In this document: positions 26,192-39,879 of the stretch, piece by piece
How the letters are laid out: each line of letters opens with the position of its first letter
Position numbering within the stretch: position 1 is the stretch's first letter
Source of the DNA: Octopus vulgaris
Lineage: Eukaryota
Length of the DNA stretch: 64,000 bases
Assembly: GCA_951406725.2 (NCBI GenBank)
Contig: OX597842.1
Location: forward strand, 32,674,001-32,738,000
Direction of reading: 5' to 3'
Notes under the pieces: generated by a model
Databases searched by the model: none
Seen by the model: only the letters and a program-made list of their open reading frames with translations
What the model was told of the DNA's origin: nothing
Translations under genes and position numbers: made by a program

Positions 26192-26410
26192 GATGCGTGT
26201 GCGTGTTTGTGTGTCTGTGTTTGTCCCCCTAGCATTGCTTGACAACTGATGCTGATGTGTTTACGTCCCCGTCTCTTAGCGGTTCGGCAAAAGAGATCGA
26301 TAGGATAAGTACTGGGCTTACAAAGAATAAGTCCCGGGGTCGATTTGCGCAATTAAAGGCGGTGCTCCAGCATGGCCGCAGTCAAATGACTGAAACAAGT
26401 AAAAGAAAAG
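26034..26410 (+). mobile_element. SINE family A, 5'-truncated
   Basis: Matches the family A body. Confidence 0.9.
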
Positions 26411-26574
26411 AAGAAAAAAAAGGTATATCACCTTGACCGACCAGGCCGTACTCGGCGTCCATTTGACACCACTGGTCACAGCACGCTGTCCACTCCTCTG
26501 GATCACGTGAATGAGAAAGGCGTGATCCAGAGAGGAGTGGATATATATATATATATATATATAAAATTAGAAAA

Positions 26575-26690
26575 AAACCCATCACAAAACAGATTATGGA
26601 ATCTGACGCTGGTGTCTGGCTTGTCGGTTTTTGTCGAACTGTCCAACTCATGCCAGCACGGAAACGGGGACGTTAAACGATGATGATGTT
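26575..26690 (+). mobile_element. 3' end of another SINE/LINE with (GAT)n tail
   Basis: CCAACTCATGCCAGCACGGAAACGGGGACGTTAAACGATGATGATG runs into a GAT microsatellite. Confidence 0.5.
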
Positions 26691-26696
26691 GATGAT

Positions 26697-26729
<33 letters not shown>

Positions 26730-27411
26730 GTGGTGATGATGATGGTGGTGATGACGGGGTGGTGTTGGTGGTGGTGATAATGACGATGATGATGATGACG
26801 ATGATGGTGATGATGATGATGATGATGATGATGACGATGATTATGGTGATGAAGATGATGATGACGATGATGCTTATATATCTGATAGTTTGACAACATT
26901 AAGTTTGGTGAAACACTGTTCTTACTCTGAGCACCAATCCAGCCAGGCCTACCACCATTACCATCACCACTACCACGGCTACCACCACGACCGCAACCAC
27001 AACTACCGCCATGACAACTCCTACCACATCTGCGACAACCACCATCGCCACCACCACTACTACCACAACCACCACAATACTCACCATCACCACAACTACC
27101 ACCAACGCCACCACAACCACTACGACTACTACTAACACTACCGCAACCACCACCACCACTGTCACCGCCACTACTGTCAGCGCCACATGCAGTTCTTCCC
27201 CACTCTCCCCTCAGCCAACCCTTCCACCCCCGCCACTCCTATCAGAACAGCTAACACAAGTACAATCGCTACCAAACAGTTTCTCTGAGCAGCGCCCTCT
27301 AGTGTCTGTTCTTGGATGTTCAGTGATGCATGGAGTATCACAGTGGAGGGAGAGAGAGAGAGAGAGAGAGTGAATGAGAGAGAGAGAATAATAGACAGAC
27401 ATATATATATA

Positions 27412-27443
<32 letters not shown>

Positions 27444-27471
27444 CGCAAATATATACACGCATATATATGTG

Positions 27472-27508
<37 letters not shown>

Positions 27509-27584
27509 ACACATGTATGTATATATATATATATATATGTATGTATATATATATATATGCGTGTGTGTGTGTGTGTAAATATAT

Positions 27585-27690
<106 letters not shown>

Positions 27691-28086
27691 AAAGAGAGAG
27701 AGAGAGATGAGAAAGAGTTTGAGTGATGTAGTGACAGAGAGTGAGAGAAAGAAAGAAAGAAAGAAAGAAAGAAAAGGAGGGATAGAGAAGGAGAGAGTTG
27801 AGAGGGAGTCATAGAAGCAGGGAAAATGAGAGAGAGAGAAAGAAGCCATTGAAGAAGTGAGAGAGAGAGAGAGAGAAAGGTAGTTGGGAGAGAGAGAGTG
27901 AAGGAGAGAAGAAGTGGAAGGGAGAGGGAAAGAGGAGGAGGAATGAGCAAGCAATGAAAAAGTAAGCGAATGAAGTTGAGGGGAAGGAGTTGGAATGAGA
28001 GGAAATTAAGAAATTTTGAAGGAGTTTCTCATGATGAGAAAAATGTGTGTGTGTGTGTGTGTGTGTTTTAGAGGTTTTGTAAATAT

Positions 28087-28460
28087 AGGCGCAGGAGTGG
28101 CTGTGTGGTAAGTAGCTTGCTAACCAACCACATGGTTCCGGGTTCAGTCCCACTGCGTGGCATCTTGGGCAAGTGTTTTCTGCTATAGCCTCGAGCCGAC
28201 CAATGCCTTGCGAGTGGATTTGGTAGACGGAAACTGAAAGAAGCCTGTCGTATATATGTATATATATATATGTATGTGTGTTTGTGTGTCTGTGTTTGTC
28301 CCTCTAGCATTGCTTGACAACCGATGCTGGTGTGTTTACGTCCCCGTCACTTAGCGGTTCGGCAAAAGAGACCGATAGAATAAGCCCCGGGGTTGAGCTG
28401 CTTGATTAAAGGCGGTGCTCCAGCATGGCCGCAGTCATATGACTGAAACAAGTAAAAGAG
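28087..28460 (+). mobile_element. SINE family A, full length (small internal deletion)
   Basis: AGGCGCAGGAGTGGC head through the AAGTAAAAGAG tail. Confidence 0.92.
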
Positions 28461-28505
28461 TATATATATATATATGTGTGTGTATGTGTGTGTGTGTGCG
28501 CGTGT

Positions 28506-28630
28506 GGATGCTCAATGGCCCAGTGGTTAGGGCAGCGGACTCGCGGTCGGAGAATCATACGCCACAGAAATCGGGAAACCGGGCCCATGAGCCTGGCTAG
28601 GCTTGAAAAGGGCGCATAAATAAAATAAAA
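28506..28630 (+). mobile_element. Internally deleted tRNA-SINE (family C head, different tail)
   Basis: AATGGCCCAGTGGTTAGGGCAGCGGACTCGCGGTC head joined directly to CATACGCCACAGAAA..GAAAAGGGCGCATAAATAAAA. Confidence 0.65.
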
Positions 28631-28639
28631 AATATAATG

Positions 28640-28685
<46 letters not shown>

Positions 28686-28706
28686 GTGTGTATATGTATA
28701 TATATA

Positions 28707-28752
<46 letters not shown>

Positions 28753-28784
28753 ATGTAATATGTGTGTGTATATATATACATATA

Positions 28785-28815
<31 letters not shown>

Positions 28816-28826
28816 GGTATGTATGT

Positions 28827-28860
<34 letters not shown>

Positions 28861-28991
28861 ATATATATACATATATATATGTGTGTGTGTGTGATGTGTG
28901 TGTGTGTGTGTGTTGTATGTATATATATACTATACATATATATATGCGTCCCATATATATACTGTGGTGCCCCATTTTTAAGGATTTAAGG

Positions 28992-29036
<45 letters not shown>

Positions 29037-29227
29037 CATACATATATACAGACTCACACAAGCACAAACACACACACATATATATAGCGATGGAAACTAT
29101 ATACATACAAATTACTCCCCACCCCCCCCGGAATATGGTATATACACTCACTACCCATGTTATACAGCTGACGTCTCAATACGAAATGCTGTATCATAAA
29201 AATCTGTCCTGGCTGAACTATCTAGAG

Positions 29228-29428
29228 CAGTGCTTTTCAAACTTTTGGCTGGAGCGGAACCCCAAGGAAACATTCCACTGGCTCGAGGAACCCCTGTGCA
29301 ATAATTTAATAGTCTTATGCACACATATTTGCACAGGAGAATTAAAAATTACTGCCGATTTTAGCAGTTTTGTAACTTCTTGTGGAACCCCTGCACTGTA
29401 CTGGCGGAACCCTGGTTGAAAACTACTG
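29228..29428 (+). mobile_element. hAT (Charlie-like) MITE, copy 1
   Basis: 201 bp; TIRs CAGTGCTTTTCAA / TTGAAAACTACTG; flanks ATCTAGAG (left) and GTCCAAGG (right). Confidence 0.88.
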
Positions 29429-29811
29429 GTCCAAGGTATAAGAATATCCATTCTTACTGCCAGTATCATTTGCCTATGTTTCCAGTAGCGATTATAGGTT
29501 CATTATTGGCAGGTTTACTCTGTCGGCTCATCGACCAGTTGGGAAATGTTGAATGACCTAAAATGCTACTTCCATCAGAACCATGATGTACAATAACTTT
29601 GGACCCTGCCACAAGAATACACAAAGTTCTTTATCAATCTATACCATGGTGTTTGCCTGGTGTACAAACAGAAAGCATGGATTGATAATCTCTCACTAAT
29701 AACACACTCTCTCTCTGTCTACATGTATACACATAGACCAGCGGGATGTATATATATATATATACATATAAAAAGGTAAGTAGAGTTTGTGGTTGGAGTA
29801 ACCGTCTAAGG

Positions 29812-30012
29812 CAGTGCTTTTCAAACTTTTGGCTTGAGCGGAACCCCAAGGAAACATTCCACTGGCTCGAGGAACCCCTGTGCAATAATTTAATAGTCTT
29901 ATGCACACATATCTGCACAGGAGAATTAAAAATTACTGTCGATTTTAGCAGTTTTGTAACGTCTTGCGGAACCCCTGGACTGTACTGGCGGAACCCTCGT
30001 TGAAAACCACTG
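29812..30012 (+). mobile_element. hAT (Charlie-like) MITE, copy 2
   Basis: 201 bp; TIRs CAGTGCTTTTCAA / TTGAAAACCACTG; flanks GTCTAAGG (left) and ATCTAGAG (right). Confidence 0.88.
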
Positions 30013-30119
30013 ATCTAGAGAATGTCTACAGAAATAAGCTTAAAAAATAATGTTAATAGCACTGCTAACACAGTAGGATGTAGTACTGACCTATAAAAGT
30101 ATTTGATATACTTTATAGT

Positions 30120-30180
30120 AGAGCTATTCAAAATGGCGGTCAGCGATCCTTCAGCTTCCGGTACGCGGCGAGTTTCCAGA
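30120..30180. promoter_or_regulatory. YY1-like plus ETS-like motifs in a unique island
   Basis: CAAAATGGCGG (30129-30139) and GCTTCCGG (30154-30161). Confidence 0.3.
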
Positions 30181-30417
30181 AAAGAAAGAAACCTTAGAAA
30201 ACGCTTATGTAATATTGTGTTATTTGTTTACAAAATAAATGTAAGATAAAAAAAAATGTCAACTTTTATTATGTTCATTGTATATAGTGTTTCCGGTATG
30301 AATTAATTTTATTAAGAAATATTACCGGTCCCTCGCACATTGGAAAGAAAACTGACGGTACACTACATCACATTGTTTGAGAAGCACAACGAAATACCAG
30401 GAACCTACAAGTCACTA

Positions 30418-30463
<46 letters not shown>

Positions 30464-30465
<2 letters not shown>

Positions 30466-30861
30466 TCTTTTTCTTGTTTCAGTCATATGACTGCGGCCAT
30501 GCTGGAGCACCGCCTTTAGTCGAGCAAATCCACCCCAGGACTTATTCTTTGTAAGCCTAGTACTTATGCTGTCGATTTCATTTGCCGAACCGCTAAACAC
30601 ACCAGCATCGGTTGTCAAGCAATGCTAGGGGGACAAATACAGACACACAAACACATACACATACATACATATACATATATACACATATATACGACAGGCT
30701 TCTTTCAGTTTCCGTCTACCAAATCCACTCACAAGGCTTTGGTCGGCTCGAGGATATAGTAGAAGGCACTTAAGGCACTTGCCGAAGGTGCCACGCAGTG
30801 GGAGTGAACCCGGAACCATGCGGTTCGTAAGCAAGCTACTTACCACTCAGCCACTCCTACA

Positions 30862-30864
<3 letters not shown>
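30464..30864 (-). mobile_element. SINE family A, full length
   Basis: Matches the family A body. Confidence 0.9.
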
Positions 30865-30901
<37 letters not shown>

Positions 30902-30902
<1 letters not shown>

Positions 30903-31133
30903 GGCGAAGTGGCAGAAACATTAGCGCACCGAGCGAAATGCTTAGCAGTATTTCGTCTCCCGTTAGGTTCTGAGTTCAAATTCCGCCGAGGTCGACTTTG
31001 CCTTTCATCCTTTCGGGGTCGATAAATAAAGTACCAGTTTCGCACTGGGGTCGATGATGTAATCGACTTAATCCCTTTGTCTGTCCTTGTTTGTTCCCTC
31101 TATGATTAGCCCCTTCTGGGCAGTAAAGAAATA
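30902..31133 (+). mobile_element. SINE family B, full length
   Basis: TGGCAGAAAC A-box region, GAGTTCAAATTCC B box, AAAGAAATA tail. Confidence 0.9.
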
Positions 31134-31289
31134 TATATATATATATAAATACACACACACAAACATATATACATATATGTATATATAAATTTATAGACAC
31201 ACACACACATACGCACACACACTCACACACTGATACACAGTGTATAATTGTGTATGTGTGTGAATATGAGAGAATCGTGGGGTGTACGT

Positions 31290-31653
31290 ATATATGTATG
31301 TTTACACATATGTTGTGTGTATGTGTTTGTGTGTGTGTTTTGTGAGTGTGTGTTCGTGTGTGCGTGTGTGTGAATGTGTGCAATTGTGTGTGTGTATGTT
31401 TGTGTGTGTTTGCATACGTGAATGTGCTTGTGTGTGCGTGCGTGTGTATGTGTGTATGTGTGCGTATTTGTGTATGCTTGTGTGTGTTTGTGTGTGCATG
31501 TGTGTATATGCTTCTGTGTGTTTGCATGTGTGTATGTTTGTGTGTTTGTGTGTGTGTGCATGACTGTATGTGTTTACGTGTGTGTATGTGTGTGTGTTTG
31601 TGTATACGTGTGTGTGTTTGTGAGGGTGTGTCTGTGTGTGTTTGTGCGAATGC

Positions 31654-31687
<34 letters not shown>

Positions 31688-32966
31688 TGTGTATGTGTGT
31701 GTGTGTGTTTTTGTACGTTTGTGTGTGTTTATGTTTGTGTGTGTGTGTGTGTGTGTTTGTGTATGTTTGTGCGTATGCTTTGTATGCGTGTGTGTGTGTT
31801 TGTGTGTGCGTGTGTGTGTATGAGTGTGTATGTGTGTGTGTGTGTTTTTGTACGTTTGTGTGTGTTTGTTTGTGTGTGTGTGTGTGTGTTTGTGTATGTT
31901 TGTGCGTATGCTTTGTATGCGTGTGTGTGTGTGTTTGTGTGTGCGTGTGTGTGTATGAGTGTGTATGTGTGTATGTGTGTTTTTGTACGTTTGTGTGTGT
32001 TTATGTTTGTGTGTGTGTGTGTGTGTTTGTGTATGTTTGTGCGTATGCTTTGTGTGCGTGTGTGTGTGTTTGTGTGTGCGTGTGTGTGTATGAGTGCGTA
32101 TGTGTGTGTGTGTGTAAGAAAACATGCAAGACAAGCACGAGTTTGTGTATATATACATATATATGTATGTGTGCTGTGTGTATATGAGTGTGTATGCATG
32201 CATGCTTGTATATGTGTATATGCATTTGTGCATGTATGTGTGTATATCTGCATGTAAGTGTATGTGTTCATATGCATATGTATGGTTGTGTGCATGTATG
32301 TATATGTAAATATGTGTACACGCGTATGCGTGTGTATATACTTGTATGTGTGTATGTAGACGTTCATCCGTATTTGTGTGTATATCTGTATATATATATG
32401 TGTGTGTGTGTATCAGTGTGTGTGTGTGTGGGTGGGGGGTGAGTGGGTGTGTATCAGTGTGTGTGTGTATCAGTGTGTGTGGGTGTGTATCAGTGTGTGT
32501 GTGTGTGGGTGGGTGTGTATCAGTGCATGTGTGTGTTTGTGTGTGTGTGGGGGTGTGGGTGGGTGTGTATCAGTGTGGGTGTGGGTGGGTGTGTATCAGT
32601 GTGTGTGTGTGTGCATGTGGGTGTGTATCAGTGTGTGTGTTTGGGGGGGGTGTATCAGTGTGTGTGTGTGTGTGGGGTGTGTGGGTGGGTGTGTATCAGT
32701 GTGTGTGTGTGTGCGTATGTGTGTGTGTGTGTGTCTATATACTTATGTTTGTGTGTGTTTGATTTGTGAATGAGTTTGGAACCGTGCAGTAGATTGAGGT
32801 GGGAGAGACGTAGGGTAGAATTTAACAGATTGATAGTATGAGACAGAGAGAAGAAAAAGTAGAGAGTGGCAAGGAAGGAGGGCTTGGACGAGAAACGGAA
32901 AAGACAAGGCAGCGCTGTAGAAAGGTGTGCTGTGGCAGGTAAGAGCGGTGAATGAATGAAAAAGTG

Positions 32967-33030
<64 letters not shown>

Positions 33031-33515
33031 CTATATGTGTATATGTGTGTGTATGAATGCATATATGTATGTGTGCATGTATATGTGTATATATATATAT
33101 GTATGTGTCTATATGTGTATATGTGTGTCTAAGTATGTATGTGTATGAATGCATATATGTATGTGTGCGTGTATATGTGTGTATATATATATATGTGTGT
33201 GTGTGTGTGTATTTGTGTGTATATGTGTATGTATGTGTGTGCATGAATTCATACGTGTATGTGTATGTGTATGTGTGTAGGTATGTATGTGTGCGTGTAT
33301 GTATGTATGTGTGTGTGGGTGTGTGATAAACAGTACTTGAACCGAACTACCAAAAGAAAGAAGAGAACAGAGGGAGAGAGAGAGAGAGAGAGGGAGAGTA
33401 AGGAGGGCTGAGAGAGAAATAAGAAGAGAGATAAAGAAAGTGAAATTAAACAACACACGAGAGCGAACGAGTGTATATACACGTGTTTCTGTGTTTATAT
33501 ATATATATATATATA

Positions 33516-33560
<45 letters not shown>

Positions 33561-33570
33561 TTATATATAC

Positions 33571-33606
<36 letters not shown>

Positions 33607-33713
33607 CTGTGTTTATATATGTATATATATATATGTGTGTGTGTGTGTGTTCGTGTGTGTGTATGTGTTTATATATATATATATGTGTGTGTGTGTGTCT
33701 GTGTTTATATATG

Positions 33714-33755
<42 letters not shown>

Positions 33756-33770
33756 CGTGTGTGTCTGTGT

Positions 33771-33818
<48 letters not shown>

Positions 33819-33825
33819 CTGTGTT

Positions 33826-33856
<31 letters not shown>

Positions 33857-33889
33857 TTGTGTTTGTGTGTGTGCGTGTGTGTCTGTGTT

Positions 33890-33928
<39 letters not shown>

Positions 33929-33935
33929 CTGTGTT

Positions 33936-33966
<31 letters not shown>

Positions 33967-33975
33967 ATCTGTGTT

Positions 33976-34008
<33 letters not shown>

Positions 34009-34584
34009 CTGTGTTTATATATATATATATATATGTATGTGTGTATGTGTTTGTGTGTGTGTGTGCATATTGATGTAGGTATATATATATATATGTATGT
34101 ATACCTGTGTGTGTGTGTGTGCGTGTATGTGAAAGTCCGTGAGTCTGTGCTGTGTGTATGTATATATATATATATATATATACATATGCAAAACTACAGT
34201 GGGTGCAAAAGTGAGACTTGCAATCAGAGAAAAAAAAAGAGAGAGCGAGAGAAAGGGTGATGTAGATTGGTAGGTAGATAAGATAGATAGATAGATAGAT
34301 AGATAGATGGATAGATAGATGGATAGATAAATAGATAGACAAACAGGCAAACAGATAGATAGATAGATAGAGACTGATAGATATATAGTTTGATAGAATG
34401 ATACATAGATAAATAGATAGAATGAGAGATAATCAGACGGACGGACAGACAGACAGAGAGATAGATAGGTACATAGATCAATAAACAGTTAGATAGATGG
34501 ATAAATAGATAGACTGAGAGATAAATCAATAAATTGATAGACTGAACGATACACACACACATGTATACATACACAGACACACAG

Positions 34585-34635
<51 letters not shown>

Positions 34636-34677
34636 TGGATAGATATTTAGCTCGCTAGATACATACATGTATATGCA

Positions 34678-34726
<49 letters not shown>

Positions 34727-34879
34727 GGGTGAGAGAATGGGAGGGAGAGGAGAGAGAGGGAGCGAGATACATGTATGCATACATAGATAAATACATAGAT
34801 AGACAGACAGACAGATAGATAGATAGATAAATAGGTAGGTAGGTAGGTAGGTAGATAGATAGGTAGATAGGTAGGTAGG

Positions 34880-34935
<56 letters not shown>

Positions 34936-35010
34936 CAGATAGATAGATAGATAGAGAGAGTGAGAGAGAGAGAGAGATATATATATAGAGAGAGATAGAT
35001 AGATAGATAA

Positions 35011-35063
<53 letters not shown>

Positions 35064-35075
35064 CAGATATATAGA
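31290..35075. repeat. (TG)n, (TA)n and (GATA)n tracts with higher-order units
   Basis: Recurrent TTTTGTACGTTTG unit (31700-32000), GTGTATCAGTG unit (32405-32705) and CTGTGTTTATATA unit (33490-34030). A unique island lies at 32760-32970. Confidence 0.9.
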
Positions 35076-35099
35076 GAGTGAAACAGAGAGTTAGTAAAT

Positions 35100-35460
35100 A
35101 ATGTGGTAGGGTTGGGCTGGCGGATGAAGAAGCAAAGAGGAAAGACAAGAATTACAGGCGTCGCGGAAGGTGTCGGCGGATACACCGTCATCGAACGCAA
35201 CGCAGCAGCGGCGTCGGCGTCGGCGTCGGCGGCAGCGGCGAAAAACGAAGATGGCGGCGGGGCGTGGTGGCGATGTCGGTGTGCGGGTGGGGGGGTGGGG
35301 GTGAGGGTGAGGGTGGGGGGGGTGAGGTGTACCAGGCAATCAGTTTGCAGAATGCCGTTTCCCTCTTCAGAAAAATCCAATTATGGAGAACGTAGACAGT
35401 TTCTGCACCAATGATTCGACAACATGGTCGCCTCAACTAAGACAGGCCTCTTCAGCTAAT
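35100..35460. promoter_or_regulatory. CpG-rich island with perfect YY1 consensus and GC box
   Basis: AAGATGGCGGC (35248-35258) directly followed by GGGGCGTGG. Confidence 0.4.
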
Positions 35461-35734
35461 ACATGCAGTTTTGAAGGTGTATATACACATTATACACACG
35501 TTTCTAAAGTCTTCGTTCAATACACATATACACACACATCAATACATATGCACATATAAACACACATACGCATATAAACATATGCATACATATTCGCAAA
35601 CACACACATGTACATATATATATATACATATATACATATATATATATATATACATATTCGAATATACACACATATATATATATATATACACGCACACATA
35701 TATATACACATATTCGAATATAGACACACATGAG

Positions 35735-35768
<34 letters not shown>

Positions 35769-35908
35769 CATACATATACATATATATACCCTTATGGACA
35801 TATACATATATACATACACACACTCACACACATACACACACGTATATATATACATATATACATATTCACATATACACACACATACACATAGTGAAATAGA
35901 CACACACA

Positions 35909-35958
<50 letters not shown>

Positions 35959-36433
35959 TATTCACGCAAAAATGCACATATACATATATGCAGATATACA
36001 TGCATGTATACATCCAGACACATATACATAAACATATACACATTTGTGAATTTACATATATATACACACATATAAACATATATACATATACACATGCATT
36101 GGTAAATGCGACATAGACACATACAAGGAGAACATATATACATACATATACACACACACATATATATATATACACATATATGCATAAGTGTGTGTATATA
36201 ATGTGCATACATGCGTATATACATACATACGTGGCTACGTATGTGTGAGGGAGTGCGTGTTTATGTGTGTATGTGTGTATGAGACAAGATGGAATCGATA
36301 ATGTGTGTGTGTGTGTGTATATGCATACAAACGCATACGTGTGTATATATGCGAATGTGATTCTGTTGTATGTATATGTGTTTATCAGTAATTAAATGTA
36401 TGCGCGTGTGTGTGCATATATATATATATATAA

Positions 36434-36518
<85 letters not shown>

Positions 36519-36803
36519 TATATATATATATATACACTCGCACACGTGCATTCATTCAAATATACACAGTCGTACACGTCATACACGTACATGCATTATA
36601 TGCATATACACACAAACACGCGCGTGGGTACAAACACATACACACACACAAGCGAATACAAATGCTTTTTAAGGTAATTAGCGATGTTTTTAAGGTGTAT
36701 ATAATATATATACACACTTCTAGATGTTTTTTCTCACTAACCTACCATGCAATCAAATCTCATCTCCCTCTTCATATATATATATATGTACGAAAGAAAA
36801 CGC

Positions 36804-36854
<51 letters not shown>

Positions 36855-36889
36855 TTTCTCACCTCCAAAGTCTTGTATACGCGTATGTG

Positions 36890-36927
<38 letters not shown>

Positions 36928-37029
36928 TATGTGTGTGTGTGTATACACTGCCTATTGTTGAACTCCTATGCGGTAAAATGTTATCTACACACAAACGATA
37001 AGGTACCAATTATGCGGCAGTGCAAATGA

Positions 37030-37091
<62 letters not shown>

Positions 37092-37298
37092 CATATATAG
37101 TATATATATATACATATATATATCTATATATATGTATATACATATATATGTATATATATATATGTATTTTACGCTCATGTCTACAGTATATATACACCAT
37201 ATACACCCCCTTAAAAAGACTTCGAAAGACAGCAATAAGCAATTAAGCGCACTTGTTAAGCTTACTAGACATATATATATATACATATATATATACAT

Positions 37299-37360
<62 letters not shown>

Positions 37361-37662
37361 GTAAAAATACATTCATATACATACATACATACATATATAC
37401 ATCTATCTGCATATACAAATGCGCATACAAAAATATGCGTATATATATATATATATATATGTATATGCATGTGTGTGTATATGTGTGCGTGTATGAACGT
37501 TATACATACATGCGTTTATGCAATGTGTGCAGGGATACTTATATAGGTAATTGTTTTCAGATCTCAAATAGTGTATAATTTATATACGCACGTATAATGT
37601 TGCCATAAATAGTGTTGTTTTCAGGTAATTAACGTACTATGTTCCATATAACCTATATATGA

Positions 37663-37713
<51 letters not shown>

Positions 37714-37917
37714 ATGTATGTATGTATGTTTGTATGTATGTATGTATGTATGTATGTATATATATATATATGCATATATACATATATATCAATGTATATA
37801 TATATACATACATATGTATTTATATATATGTATGTTTGTGTGTATATATTTATGTATAAAATGTCTAAGTATATTTGTATATATTTGTATTTGTAAATAT
37901 ATATACTGTATATATAA

Positions 37918-38243
37918 ACGCAGGCGTGGCTGTGTGGTAAGTAGCTTGTTTACCAACCACATGTTTCTGGGTTCAGTCCCACTGCGTGGCACCTTAGGCA
38001 AGTGTCTTCTGCTACAGCCTCGGGTCGACCAAAACTTTGTGAGAGGATTTGTTTGATGGAAACCGAAGGAAGCCCATCGCATACATGTATATGCATTGCA
38101 TATATATATGCATATGTATTTGTGTGTCCCCTTGTCCTTCGTCCCTCGCTTTCAAAGAATAATCCCTGTGGTCGATTTGTTCGACTAAAAGGCGATGCTC
38201 CAGCAAGGCTGCAGTCAAATGACTGAAACAAGTAAAAGAATAA

Positions 38244-38245
<2 letters not shown>
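37918..38245 (+). mobile_element. SINE family A, older copy
   Basis: Head and tail recognisable, with an internal deletion. Confidence 0.8.
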
Positions 38246-38293
<48 letters not shown>

Positions 38294-38303
38294 GTTTGTG
38301 TAC

Positions 38304-38356
<53 letters not shown>

Positions 38357-38731
38357 GACATACACACACACATAGATGTATACATATACATACTCACGTA
38401 TATATAAACACCAATTGAAATATCTGAAATAATATACACATACATACATATATATATATTCCTATGTATTTATTAGCTCACGTGCATACATACATGCCCA
38501 TATATGGTGTTCGTGTGTGTAACACGTTGATAATAAAACTTAGCTTTGTTTCGACCAAAGATTTGTCTAGGCCATGTCTAAATTCATAGCAGCACCTGGT
38601 AGGATTATCTAAATCCATTTGAAGTCAAGTTTTGTGGTATCATGGTCCATTCGAGTAGAGAGTTCTTGTTGAGTGAGCTGTATCCAGGTATAGGTGGCTT
38701 ATCTGGTTTTCCTTATATATATATATATATT

Positions 38732-39106
38732 GTAAGCTACACCAATGCTAGAACGGGACGACACTGCATAGTGCCAAAGATCCCAGCAATGCCATCAAGC
38801 TTCAGGACCAGCTTCTGCAACAGCCTGGGTTTCAAGGGCCCACAGCTTTTTAATATTCTCCCAAAGAGTCTGAGGAACTTGCACAATATAGATGTAGTGG
38901 TTTGCAAATCAAAGCTGGACATCTTTCTGTCAAGAGTCCCAGATGAACCTACCTCACGGCAAGAGGTGCAAATGAGAGTAGCTATATCAAACTCCATTCT
39001 TCACCAAGTGCCACATATTAGACGAGGTTCGTCGCAATAACAGTGTAGCACAAAACGGCGGTGCATCAGCATGGCCGCAGCTCTGAGCTGAAACAAGAAA
39101 AAAAAA
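38732..39106 (+). pseudogene. CR1-type LINE 3' end (ORF2 C-terminus plus 3' UTR)
   Basis: NSLGFKGPQLFNILPKSLRNL..KSKLDIFLSRVPDEP is typical of CR1 ORF2 C-termini. Stop at 39038-39040, tail at 39057-39097, then poly-A. Confidence 0.85.
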
Positions 39107-39523
39107 GTATATATCGGTCTCTTTTGCCGAACCGCTAAATTATGTGGACGCAAACATATACTTTCGGATATCCCAGAAAGAGCTGTAAGACTGAATTTTT
39201 CCAATAAAAATAACCTATAAGACTTGAGATGTTTGCCTTGCCTTTATGTTTGACGTCCTGTTTACCAATTCTATATCCGCTATATCAGAATTCTGCAATG
39301 GCTCCATAGCTGCCGTCTCAGCTATAACTTTGGAGCCCTGGTAATCCGTTACAGCACTTACGCAGTGTACCAAGTCGTTTATATCACATGTGAACTAAAC
39401 CCTCATATTTTGTGTGCGTATGTGTGTATATATAAAATGTAATTACACGTGGACTGTTGGAGATTTTTATCCTCCTTCTTGCTTTTATCTTAGAACTTTC
39501 TATGAGTGATGTTTCCGAAGAAG

Positions 39524-39619
<96 letters not shown>

Positions 39620-39761
39620 CAAATTTTGCCTCAGAAAATGTTTTAATTATTGGAATTTAATTCATTTGGGCAAAATTGAAACAGCTGTAAGGGAACATGT
39701 TGAATTTTTGCAGTTAATACATTATATTAATTCTACTTCTCCATTTGCTGGATTTTAATTT

Positions 39762-39800
<39 letters not shown>

Positions 39801-39879
39801 TACACATATATTATAGGAAAAGTCAAAACCAAGACAGAACGAATATCTCAAGACTTGTTTTTGATTTTCCCTCTAATAC

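Noticed and set aside
38535-38672. Minus-strand hammerhead-like stems (GACCA/UGGUC-GAAAC)
   Set aside because: The CUGANGA core is absent; at best a decayed relic.
39160-39200. GAAAGAGCTGTAAGA hammerhead 3' half (similar at 60127-60150, minus strand)
   Set aside because: The 5' core and stem II are missing or unpaired.
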